A stretch of DNA of 41,975 nucleotides from Candidatus Avispirillum sp. (GTDB taxonomy: Bacteria > Bacillota > Clostridia > Oscillospirales > CAG-272), in assembly GCA_045632025.1 (NCBI GenBank), contig JAZQVW010000140.1, positions 1-41,975 on the forward strand. Reading direction: 5' to 3'. Made by a program: the position numbers and the translations under genes. Position 1 is the stretch's first letter; every line of letters begins with the position of its first letter. Shown here in pieces: positions 19,854-28,163 of this stretch. A model generated the notes under the pieces. The model was not told where the DNA came from. It did no database searches and saw only the letters and a list, made by a program, of their open reading frames with translations.

Positions 19854-20771
19854 TTGATAATTTACAAGCTGCCCGAGGGCAGAGTAATAGAAAGGCTCCC
19901 TGAGGGCACAGCAATAGCTCTCGGCAATTTCGACGGAGTTCACAGAGGGCATCAGCAGCTTTTTGAGCTTGCAGGCGCAAAGGGACATAAAAGAGTTGCC
20001 TGGACCTTTACTACCTTGGCAAAGCCCGACGGCTCGGTTCCTTATCTGACCGATATGAAGGCAAAAATCGAGCTTTTCACAAAATATGGGCTTGATTATG
20101 CCATTTTTGAGGACTTTGAATCGGTGAGAGGCCTTGAATACGATCATTTTGCAAAAACATACCTTGTGGAGGAGTTTGCCCCCGCAAGAGTTGTTTGCGG
20201 CTTCAATTTCAAATTCGGACGCGGAGGCAAGGGCAATGCTGAGGCTCTGCGCTCTATTCTTACCGAAAAGGGCGTTGAGGTTGATATTCTACAGCCCGTT
20301 TCCCACCATGGAAAAACTGTTTCCTCAAGCGCTATCCGCACCGCAGTTATGAGCGGGGATATGGAAGAGGCTCTTGATCTAATGGGCCACCCCTTTTATA
20401 TCAAATCCCCGGTTTGCCACGGAAAAAAGCTTGGCAGAACCTTGGGGATCCCCACAATCAACCAGAATTTCCCCAAGGGGCATATTGTGCCCAGACGAGG
20501 AATATATGCCTGCACAGCCACCATCGATGATACTGTTTATACCGCTGTTACAAACGTTGGCAATCGCCCCACTGTTTCGGGTGATTTTGTCAATTCGGAA
20601 GCTCATATCATCGGCTACGACGGCGACCTTTACGATAAAGAGGTAAAGGTTGAGTTTTACAGCCTTCTCAGAGACGAAATGCGCTTTGAAAGCATTGACG
20701 CCCTGGCAGAGCAGATCCGCAAGGATATAGAAAGCGCAAAGGCCTTCTTTTTGCAGCCCTGCGGAAAATAA
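19854..20771 (+). CDS. ribF: Bifunctional riboflavin kinase / FMN adenylyltransferase
   Basis: GNFDGVHRGHQ nucleotidyltransferase motif and the C-terminal riboflavin kinase block PTINQ…GIYA…NVG.RPT. TTG start after GGAGG. Confidence 0.93.
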   Translation: MIIYKLPEGRVIERLPEGTAIALGNFDGVHRGHQQLFELAGAKGHKRVAWTFTTLAKPDGSVPYLTDMKAKIELFTKYGLDYAIFEDFESVRGLEYDHFAKTYLVEEFAPARVVCGFNFKFGRGGKGNAEALRSILTEKGVEVDILQPVSHHGKTVSSSAIRTAVMSGDMEEALDLMGHPFYIKSPVCHGKKLGRTLGIPTINQNFPKGHIVPRRGIYACTATIDDTVYTAVTNVGNRPTVSGDFVNSEAHIIGYDGDLYDKEVKVEFYSLLRDEMRFESIDALAEQIRKDIESAKAFFLQPCGK

Positions 20772-20834
20772 AATTTAATAAACCTGCGCAGCGCTAAACG
20801 TGCTGCGCTTTCATATAAAGAAAGGATAATTCGG

Positions 20835-22124
20835 ATGAAACGTATTGTTTCTCTCTTACTATGCCTTGCAACGCTTATCTCAACTCTGGCACTCCTTGCC
20901 CTGCCTGCGGCGGCAATTGAGGATCCCGAGGTTCAAAATATAGGCGGCGCATTAGTTTATAACTTTGAAAACGAAAAGGTCGTTTATAAATATAAGGACA
21001 CGCAGAAGATATATCCCACCTCAACCGTTAAAATTATGACAGGTATACTTGCCATTGAAGCGCTTGGCGATAAGCTTGAGGATAAGATAACCATCACAAG
21101 CGAGATGATCTCAAAGGTTTCAGGTAATAATATCAAGCTTGAAGCAGGCGACGTTGTTACGGTTAAGGATATGATATGGACTCTTCTTGTAAACGGCGCA
21201 AACGACAGCGCATACGTTCTTGCATACGCCGTTTCGGGAAGCCTTGAAAAATTTATTTCAAGAATGAACACAAGAGCCAAGGAGCTTGGCGCTATCCATA
21301 CTAACTATACTAATCCCACGGGAATGCACGATGAAAATATGTACACCACCGTTGAGGACACAGCTATAATCGCGCGCCACGCCTATACTCTTCCTATGTT
21401 TATGGAGTGCAGCTCCTCTATGAAATATACCATGGAGTCCTTTAACCACACGGTCCATAACAGAAACTGCCTTCTCACTCTTTATTACGATAAGAACTAT
21501 TTCGACTCTCAGGCTCGCGGAATGAACGCAGGCTCAACCCCTCAGGGCGGCCATAGCGTCGTTACCACAGCAACAAACGGAGATCTTTCCTATCTTGTTG
21601 TAGTAATGGGCGGAGAAACAGTTGAGGGAACTATATATTCCTATACAACAGCATCAAAGCTTATCGACTGGGCGTTTGAATCCTTTAATTATATCGAGGT
21701 TCTCTCACCCAAGCAGATAATCTGCGATATTCCCGTAACCCTCTCATCTGTAACGGATATGGTAAACCTTGTTTCAAAGGACACTCTCAGCGTTTACCTC
21801 CCCTCCGACGTTGACCCCAAAACAGCGATCGAATTAAGCTACGTGACCTATTCCGAGGAGCTTCAGGCCCCCGTTACAAAGGGAAAGGTCTGCGGAAGCG
21901 TTACGGCAATATATAACGGCGATATCCTCGGAACGTCCGATATGGTAGCAACAGCCGACGTTGCACGAAGCGAGCTTCTTTATACGTTTTATAAAATAGA
22001 ACAGTTTTCAAAGAGCAAATTCTTTATCGCAACTATAGTATCAGCAGTTATACTGACAGTTATCTATATCTTCGGAACAGCATTCCTCCGCGCAAGAAGA
22101 CCTAATAAGAGACGCAGATATTAA
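20835..22124 (+). CDS. Serine-type D-Ala-D-Ala carboxypeptidase (PBP5-like)
   Basis: Signal peptide, SxxK (STVKIMT), SxN (NDSA), a C-terminal beta-sandwich and a membrane anchor. Confidence 0.9.
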   Translation: MKRIVSLLLCLATLISTLALLALPAAAIEDPEVQNIGGALVYNFENEKVVYKYKDTQKIYPTSTVKIMTGILAIEALGDKLEDKITITSEMISKVSGNNIKLEAGDVVTVKDMIWTLLVNGANDSAYVLAYAVSGSLEKFISRMNTRAKELGAIHTNYTNPTGMHDENMYTTVEDTAIIARHAYTLPMFMECSSSMKYTMESFNHTVHNRNCLLTLYYDKNYFDSQARGMNAGSTPQGGHSVVTTATNGDLSYLVVVMGGETVEGTIYSYTTASKLIDWAFESFNYIEVLSPKQIICDIPVTLSSVTDMVNLVSKDTLSVYLPSDVDPKTAIELSYVTYSEELQAPVTKGKVCGSVTAIYNGDILGTSDMVATADVARSELLYTFYKIEQFSKSKFFIATIVSAVILTVIYIFGTAFLRARRPNKRRRY

Positions 22125-22131
22125 AAATAAT

Positions 22132-22171
22132 AAAAACTCCGCTGCAAAAGCGTGATGTCCTTAACGGAGAA
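22132..22171. repeat. attL of the integrated element (outer arm is the left half of a terminator stem, inner arm is the element end)
   Basis: AAAAACTCCGCTGCA-AAAGC-GTGATGTCCTTAACGGAGAA is the reverse complement of 33620-33658 except for the 5-nt centre and one arm mismatch. Confidence 0.8.
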
Positions 22172-22378
22172 AACGAAAAACCGAATAGGATAACAGAGAA
22201 AGGCAGCATAGTCTATGATGGCTATGCTGTCTTTTGCATTGTTTGATTATAGAAAAGTGAACTTGATTGAAAGCGTCGCAGAAATGCGGTGTTTTTTTGA
22301 ATATTATATCGAAAATCACTGGACTTGTGGAAAGTGTTGTGGTATGTGTTTGTGTTGCAAAAAGGAGGTGCAACGCAC

Positions 22379-22663
22379 ATGACAACACTTGAAGATCTGT
22401 ATTACGGTAACATCAGTCCGCACGAAAGGTACATAAAGCGCGGTTCGAGAGTCGATCAACTCGTAAAGCTCATATGCAAAAACGAGGAAAGCCTAACGGC
22501 AACGCTCACTGAGCAGCAGAAAGAAACCTTCGAAAAGTTTAAAGACTGCCAAAGCGAACTTGCAGGGTTAACCGAGCGAGATGCGTTCAGGGATGGCTTC
22601 ATCCTTGCAGTGCGAATAATGGTCGAAGCGATGGAAGGGTTAGAAACGGTGGATGACATATGA
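22379..22663 (+). CDS. Small element-backbone protein, hypothetical
   Basis: ATG at 22379 after AAAGGAGG. MTTLEDLYYGNISPHE… resembles, from memory only, a family common on clostridial transposons/ICEs. Its stop overlaps the next start. Confidence 0.6.
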   Translation: MTTLEDLYYGNISPHERYIKRGSRVDQLVKLICKNEESLTATLTEQQKETFEKFKDCQSELAGLTERDAFRDGFILAVRIMVEAMEGLETVDDI

Positions 22664-23370
22664 AAAAACTAATAATCCTTATTCTCTGCTGTGGGGTGGT
22701 GCTTGTGAGTATGGTGGGATGCGGTGGCAACACCGCACCACCGCCTACCGAGAGTCCATCAACAACGGTATCGAAAACGATAATAACAGAAACACCTACC
22801 GAAACAACACTGCCTGTAACGGCGGTAGAGCCAACTGAGCAAGAAAAAGAGCCTGTTCCCACCGAGGACAAGGAACCGGCAACCGAGACGACCGTGACCG
22901 CCACAGAGCCAACAACGACACAGCCAACAGAAAAAGCAACGACCACTGTAACAAACACCGCTAATGAAAAGGTTACTCTTCCGATTGAGAAAACCGTTGA
23001 AAGCACAACACCGCAGCTTACAGAAAGCGAAACGTCGGAAGCTGAACCGCCAAAAGAAGAACCAAAATGCGAAACGGAACCTATGAGGGTGACCGAGCCG
23101 GAACCTACAGAAAGGCCTGCTCCCTTTGATATCGACTACTGGATCGCATACGCAAGGAGCTACGCCGAAAGCAAAGGACTTATACTGAGCGATACGGCGG
23201 TGGATTGTTGGGACAACCCCGTCCGAGCAGGCGCACACTGCATTTTCCTCGAAAGAGATATTCAAAGCCGGCTTGACCGCTATGCAAAGGATGAGGACAT
23301 CGCCGATGTGTGGATCTGGGCAGAAGCCACGGACAACGACTGCTATGACATTTATATCGGCTACGCTTAA
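22660..23370 (+). CDS. Lipoprotein with T/P/E-rich linker and a small C-terminal globular domain
   Basis: Signal peptide with lipobox (LVSMVGC), a low-complexity linker and a C-terminal DIDYWIAYARSYAESKGL… domain. Confidence 0.75.
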   Translation: MKKLIILILCCGVVLVSMVGCGGNTAPPPTESPSTTVSKTIITETPTETTLPVTAVEPTEQEKEPVPTEDKEPATETTVTATEPTTTQPTEKATTTVTNTANEKVTLPIEKTVESTTPQLTESETSEAEPPKEEPKCETEPMRVTEPEPTERPAPFDIDYWIAYARSYAESKGLILSDTAVDCWDNPVRAGAHCIFLERDIQSRLDRYAKDEDIADVWIWAEATDNDCYDIYIGYA

Positions 23371-23447
23371 AAACAAAATAATTCCAAAACCAGGGCACTC
23401 ACTGGACGCGGCAATCCAACAGAGAAAACAAGAAACGAATAGGCCTA

Positions 23448-23482
23448 AAAATTCTGCTTAACATGGGCAGAATTTTTGTTTT
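23448..23482 (+). terminator. Intrinsic terminator at the backbone/cargo boundary
   Basis: AAAATTCTGC/GCAGAATTTT stem followed by TGTTTT. Confidence 0.65.
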
Positions 23483-23502
23483 ACAACATTTTCTCAAATT
23501 AA

Positions 23503-23531
23503 TTGAAATATTCACGATTTCGTGATATAAT
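23503..23531 (+). promoter_or_regulatory. Promoter with embedded perfect palindromic operator
   Basis: TTGAAA (23503-08), 17-nt spacer, TATAAT (23526-31). The spacer contains TCACGA-TT-TCGTGA (23512-23525). Confidence 0.7.
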
Positions 23532-23557
23532 ATAGACCAATGAAAGAGGGGGTCGTT

Positions 23558-23770
23558 ATGGCTGTATCTTATAAAAAGTTATTTCATTTGCTGATCGACA
23601 AGGGGATGACCAATGCTGAGTTGATGGAGAAAGCTGGCTTTAGTGCAAATATCATTACCCGAATCAAGCGTGACAATTATATTTCTCTCGATAGCATTGA
23701 GAAGATTTGCAAAACTCTGAACTGCGGTGTCGATGATATCTTAGAGTTCACCATGGAGGAAGAAGAATGA
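23558..23770 (+). CDS. XRE/Cro-type helix-turn-helix regulator (~70 aa)
   Basis: MTNAELMEKAGFSANIITRIKRDNYISLDSIEKICKTLNC is a classic HTH. The ATG at 23558 follows GAGGGGG, whereas the alternative ATG at 23540 would be almost leaderless. Confidence 0.85.
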   Translation: MAVSYKKLFHLLIDKGMTNAELMEKAGFSANIITRIKRDNYISLDSIEKICKTLNCGVDDILEFTMEEEE

Positions 23771-26727
23771 ATAATATTGCAGTAAAATTTATAGGCAAAG
23801 AATATTCCATACCAAAGGATGTTATAACCTATATTGATTTGCTTGATTTTGCTGATAACGTTCAGAAACAGTTAATGGCAGATTTTATCTCTATAATCAA
23901 AGGCAGAATTCAAAACAAAAATGTTGGTTTGATTGACGACGAGGATTTGCGAGCACAGATTGAAAAGCAAGTTGGACGATTTATTGCCAAACTTTGCGAT
24001 CAAGGGATTTTTACACGTACAGTTAACGACTATCTTAACGGTAACAAGGGATATGAGTATTTCTCCAAGGTAAATAAAGCGGCTCTCGAAAAGGTTAAAT
24101 CTTTTCTTATGCAGAGATTGGATTCTTTGCAAGAAGGTTATGAAGATGCTGTCCAAAGAGCTGAATCACATGTTACTGGAATGGGATTTTCTATTTGGTC
24201 GAGTAGCTTTGTTAATCATGCCATTTATGCTGCAATGGAAGCTTCCACCATCAACAAACAGGAAAAAGAAGCTTCTGCAAGATATCAAAAAGAAATTAGT
24301 GAACTGTGTTCCAAATTGGAGTCAGAATACGATAGAGCGACCAGTCAATATATAAACAATGAATATATCCCCAATATGGAAGCAGCACTTACTGTATTGG
24401 CTTATGAGTTGCTTGATAAATACGTGAACGATCTGATTGCAAACGATAAATTTGATAGAAGAACATTGGGATTCGTTGACATTAGCCGTTCAAATGATCT
24501 GTTGAAAAACCTAACCCTATCCAACAGCAAACAGGCTATACTCGAAAATGCTTTTGTCGCCTGCCCTTACAACATAGCTGTTTATATGCACGCAATGAAA
24601 TTGGAAATGTTGGATGAAGATACTTTTGAAACAGCCAATGTTTTCAAGCAAGGTTCAAAAATTATTTCGTTTTTGAAAGAATCTTTGGGTACGGCTGATT
24701 ATCCCAACTTTGTTGAGCCGAATTATTACAGTGCTTCTTTGTTGGCACGTTACGAAAATAAAAGCGCGAATGATGTCCTGTATCAGCACACAGCCTCTTA
24801 TGCAAATGCTGTGATTAGAGAGTATGAAAAAATTGTTAGAGCACTCGATAATCTCAATCAATGCAGGGACTACTTGCGCAAATTGAATGATGATGAGATT
24901 TTGTTAGGAGAAGGAACCTCAAAACGATTGGCAAAATCACTTGTTTATTCGATTGCACCGAATGACAACTGGAATATTCTTATGAAACAATGTGGTCACG
25001 CTGATCTGCTCGAAAGATTATTGGCTATTATGCCTGTAGGTTCGACCTTTGGAAGTAAAGAGGATTGCGATTCCTATTTAACGGAAGCTTTGTTCAATGC
25101 GTTGGAAGTAGCCCGTAAAGATTTGGCTCAAAGGATTTCAGAGAGCAGAGCTCGTGCTGAAGCCGAACGACAGAAACTTGAGGCGCAAAAAAGAAAGAAA
25201 CGTATTAAGACAACAGCTATTTTGTGTGCAATCGTTGCTGTTATTATTGTTGCTTTCTCTTTGCCCTCCATAATAGAAAATGCAAAGATCTTAAAAAGAG
25301 AAAGTTGTGTTGAAAAACAAATTCAAGCAGTAGTTGAACCATTAGAAAGCAAAATGGAGAATGCTACCGGCGTTGACATTATTATCGATTACTACTTCTC
25401 TTTGGAAAATGATTGGGACGACGAACAGTGGTATGAATGGACGTTTAGTGTTGAACTTCCTATTTTTGATGAATACAGAAAATCCAACAGCGCAAACGAG
25501 CAATCACTGTTAGAAGTAATGGATGTTTGCAAATCTCTTGTTGAAATTTATGATGATGTTTACGATGATTTAGATTTTGACTTCAAGGACGAAGATGTAA
25601 GAATTGTAATGGACTTTTCTGGTGGAAATTTCGGTTCGCTAAAAATCCATGATACATCTACATCAGAAACATTCTATTACGAAGAATATGGCGGAGATCG
25701 TTATCTTCATTCCTCTGATACTGAATATGTATTAGACAAAAATTCCGAAGTTGTTCAAGCGACAGAAAAGGAAGCAGCGTACAATGATGCCCTTTCTCTT
25801 ATGACTGCCCAAAAATATGATGAGGCTATTGAGATATTTGCAAAATTAAGTGGATATAAAGACAGTGTTGGCAAAATTACTGAATGTGAAAATGCTATCA
25901 TCGAATTAAAGTATAATGATGCTCTTGCTTTGATGTCTGCGCAAAAATATGACGATGCTATTATCATATTCACGGAATTGGGAGAATACAAAAACAGCGC
26001 ATCCAAGATAGTCGAATGTAACGAAGCTATTGCAGCCGTTATCGAAGCAAAATATAACGAAGCATCTTCTCTTATAGTCGAAGGAAAGTACAACGAAGCC
26101 TTATTGATTCTTGATGAAATCGGCGATTATAAAGATGCAGTTGCTTTGAAACAAAAATATGCGCTTCTCACCTGTGAATCTGGAGATGTTATCACATTTG
26201 GAACATACGAACAAGACAACAATCTTGATAATGGTGCAGAAGCTATCGAGTGGCTTGTTTTGAACAGAGACGGCAACAAGGCTCTTGTAATAAGCAAGTA
26301 TTGCCTTGAGCAAATGCCTTTCAACAACACTTTAGCGTCAGTTACATGGGAAAATTGTACAATTAGAAAGTGGCTCAATAACGATTTCTTTGATACAGCG
26401 TTTTCTACAGATGAAAAAACCTCGGTCCTTGTGTCGAATATCAGCTACCCGGATGATGTGGACCACGAAGAACCGACAAGAACAACAAAGGATAGAATTT
26501 TCCTTCTTAGCGAGAACGAAGCATTAGTGTATTTTGACTCGGATTCTGAAAGAGCAACGCAAACGACTGAATATGTTGGAGCTTTGCATTGTTACTGGAT
26601 TCTTCGTACAAATGGAAGTGTTTCTAACGTTGCCCATGTTGATACTTCTGGGTATGTGGGTTACTACGAAAATGTTGACCGTGAATGGTATATTCGTCCA
26701 GCCATGTGGATTGAGACAAGCGAGTAA
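23767..26727 (+). CDS. 986-aa single-pass membrane protein: ~475-aa helical cytoplasmic domain of unknown function, TM helix, and an extracellular region with three ~45-aa repeats and a DUF6273-like C-terminal domain
   Basis: Its start overlaps the HTH stop (ATGA), with a GGAGGA RBS. The TM segment is TTAILCAIVAVIIVAFSLPSII, preceded by a KRKKR cluster. The repeats have the form YNDALxLMxAQKYDxAIxIFxxLGxYKDS. The C-terminus (GDVITFGTYEQD…IEWLVL…IRKWLNNDFF…RIFLLSENE…YWILR…IRPAMWI) matches, from memory, a domain common in Firmicutes surface proteins. Confidence 0.8.
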   Translation: MNNIAVKFIGKEYSIPKDVITYIDLLDFADNVQKQLMADFISIIKGRIQNKNVGLIDDEDLRAQIEKQVGRFIAKLCDQGIFTRTVNDYLNGNKGYEYFSKVNKAALEKVKSFLMQRLDSLQEGYEDAVQRAESHVTGMGFSIWSSSFVNHAIYAAMEASTINKQEKEASARYQKEISELCSKLESEYDRATSQYINNEYIPNMEAALTVLAYELLDKYVNDLIANDKFDRRTLGFVDISRSNDLLKNLTLSNSKQAILENAFVACPYNIAVYMHAMKLEMLDEDTFETANVFKQGSKIISFLKESLGTADYPNFVEPNYYSASLLARYENKSANDVLYQHTASYANAVIREYEKIVRALDNLNQCRDYLRKLNDDEILLGEGTSKRLAKSLVYSIAPNDNWNILMKQCGHADLLERLLAIMPVGSTFGSKEDCDSYLTEALFNALEVARKDLAQRISESRARAEAERQKLEAQKRKKRIKTTAILCAIVAVIIVAFSLPSIIENAKILKRESCVEKQIQAVVEPLESKMENATGVDIIIDYYFSLENDWDDEQWYEWTFSVELPIFDEYRKSNSANEQSLLEVMDVCKSLVEIYDDVYDDLDFDFKDEDVRIVMDFSGGNFGSLKIHDTSTSETFYYEEYGGDRYLHSSDTEYVLDKNSEVVQATEKEAAYNDALSLMTAQKYDEAIEIFAKLSGYKDSVGKITECENAIIELKYNDALALMSAQKYDDAIIIFTELGEYKNSASKIVECNEAIAAVIEAKYNEASSLIVEGKYNEALLILDEIGDYKDAVALKQKYALLTCESGDVITFGTYEQDNNLDNGAEAIEWLVLNRDGNKALVISKYCLEQMPFNNTLASVTWENCTIRKWLNNDFFDTAFSTDEKTSVLVSNISYPDDVDHEEPTRTTKDRIFLLSENEALVYFDSDSERATQTTEYVGALHCYWILRTNGSVSNVAHVDTSGYVGYYENVDREWYIRPAMWIETSE
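25777..26175 (+). repeat. Three tandem ~135-nt coding repeats (TPR/Sel1-like helical hairpins)
   Basis: AAYNDALSLMTAQKYDEAIEIFAKLSGYKDSVGKITEC / KYNDALALMSAQKYDDAIIIFTELGEYKNSASKIVEC / KYNEASSLIVEGKYNEALLILDEIGDYKDAVALKQKY. Confidence 0.7.
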
Positions 26728-26770
26728 CAAAGCCTTCCGTATTTGCATTCTTGTAATGGAGGTGACTAAA

Positions 26771-27409
26771 ATGAATGTCAAAGATTGGGGACAACGTATT
26801 TCTCACAGAACAGATATAAGCATGGGGCTTGTTCATCTTACCAAAGGAGACAGAGAACTTAGTTCTCTTGCTGTTTTGATGAAAATTCTCGAAGAAAAAA
26901 CAATATTGGGCAGCACAAACAAAATAGTAGGCGGACATCCAAGAGGGTTTATATGTGGTAGTGATCCCGTTGTTTGCTTTCAAGATGTTCCTTTACATTC
27001 TCTCTCAGAAAACATTTTTTGGGAACAGCAACTACATGATAAAACCCCGGAAGCGCCAATAAGGTATGCTCCTTTTGGACTACGCTTTGATAAAAGGTAT
27101 GTTTTTAGAAATGGCGGAAGGCCTGTCATTTACGAGGATACCAACATCGCAAAAAATTTTCTTCCCGAAAATGAATACTGGCGAATTGTTAAACTCGATT
27201 TGGACAGCGACGATAATATTGTTGACTGGACACATGAACGAGAATGGCGAATCAAGGGAGATTTTCATTTCGAACTTAGTGAGGTAGAAATTCTTCTAAG
27301 CGACCAAACTTCTCTAAAGAAATTCAACAGATACTGCAAAGAGAAGAATATGGAGAACCTTCTAAATGAAATTAAAGGAATTGTGATTCTCAAAAGCCTT
27401 CTGTTCTAA
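26771..27409 (+). CDS. AbiGi-like (abortive-infection family) protein, 212 aa
   Basis: ATG at 26771 lies 7 nt after GGAGGTG. The blocks VVCFQDVPLHSLSENI, YAPFGLRFDKRYVFRNGGRPVIYED and WTHEREWRIKGDF parallel the C-F-x-D-x-P / YG-x-G-I / P-V-x-Y / EREWR pattern I recall for AbiGi-type proteins. Confidence 0.6.
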   Translation: MNVKDWGQRISHRTDISMGLVHLTKGDRELSSLAVLMKILEEKTILGSTNKIVGGHPRGFICGSDPVVCFQDVPLHSLSENIFWEQQLHDKTPEAPIRYAPFGLRFDKRYVFRNGGRPVIYEDTNIAKNFLPENEYWRIVKLDLDSDDNIVDWTHEREWRIKGDFHFELSEVEILLSDQTSLKKFNRYCKEKNMENLLNEIKGIVILKSLLF

Positions 27410-27413
27410 GTCC

Positions 27414-27467
27414 AGTTATGGAGCACTTCGTTCGTTGTTCGGATGAGGTGCTCCATAACTATTTTTC
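27414..27467 (+). terminator. Strong intrinsic terminator splitting the cargo into two units
   Basis: 13-bp perfect stem AGTTATGGAGCAC/GTGCTCCATAACT followed by ATTTTTC. Confidence 0.7.
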
Positions 27468-27515
27468 AGTTGATGTTACTTGTCGTGAATACAAAATATA
27501 ACTTTGGAGGAAAAA

Positions 27516-28118
27516 ATGGAACTCATTATTACATTCTTAGAATCAAACTTGTTGTCTGCACTTGTTTCTGCAGTTGTTTCCGGTCTCATTGCCATAATAG
27601 GTATTCGCTTATCTTACAAGCTCTCTGTGAGCGAAACACAGAAGGCAATGGAGTATTTTAAGTCTCAGCTCACCAAGAAAGTTTATGCTTCCTCGAAACG
27701 TTCTGATATGGAATATGAGATATTCCATACGTTAGGGAGAATCTGCGGTGAGATTCATTTAGTCATGGAACGCTTTTACCCCGACAAGATGAGCTTGCTT
27801 TTATTGAACAGTGCGGAAAAGCCTACTCTAAAAGAATTGGCTAACAAAATCCATGACCTGGATATAGAATTAAATATTCATAGGGCCTTTATTCCAAAAG
27901 AAATTGTGACACTGTTTGAAGAGCTAATAAAAGACGCAGAGCAATTTTTTGATGATGCAGAAAAGCATATTGATTGTTGGGATGATACAAAGGACGATAA
28001 AAACAGAAAAGAAAAACTACGATGCACTGCCTATGAAAAGAGATTAGCATTTTACGAAAAATGGAAGTCTTCAAGTGCAAAATGTCTGGAATATCTACAG
28101 TCAAAAGAATTGGTGTAA
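27516..28118 (+). CDS. Small membrane-anchored helical protein, hypothetical (200 aa)
   Basis: ATG at 27516 lies 5 nt after GGAGG. One N-terminal TM helix (LLSALVSAVVSGLIAIIGI). The rest is charged and helical with no known motif. Confidence 0.6.
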   Translation: MELIITFLESNLLSALVSAVVSGLIAIIGIRLSYKLSVSETQKAMEYFKSQLTKKVYASSKRSDMEYEIFHTLGRICGEIHLVMERFYPDKMSLLLLNSAEKPTLKELANKIHDLDIELNIHRAFIPKEIVTLFEELIKDAEQFFDDAEKHIDCWDDTKDDKNRKEKLRCTAYEKRLAFYEKWKSSSAKCLEYLQSKELV

Positions 28119-28163
28119 AATCTGATTTTGATAAATAGTATTTTTCAAAAGGAGGGGCAATGT

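Noticed and set aside
23441-23482. Possible short direct repeat (GCCTAAA…CAGAAT) shared by the left (23443-23472) and right (29974-29987) cargo boundaries.
   Set aside because: Only 6-7-nt words match, and they are interrupted on one side by a terminator loop. This is indistinguishable from chance.
26534-26770. N-terminal 79-codon extension of the AbiGi-like ORF, overlapping the end of the 986-aa gene in another frame.
   Set aside because: There is no RBS at 26534 and the extension has poor composition. A strong GGAGGTG-N7-ATG sits at 26771, just after the upstream stop.
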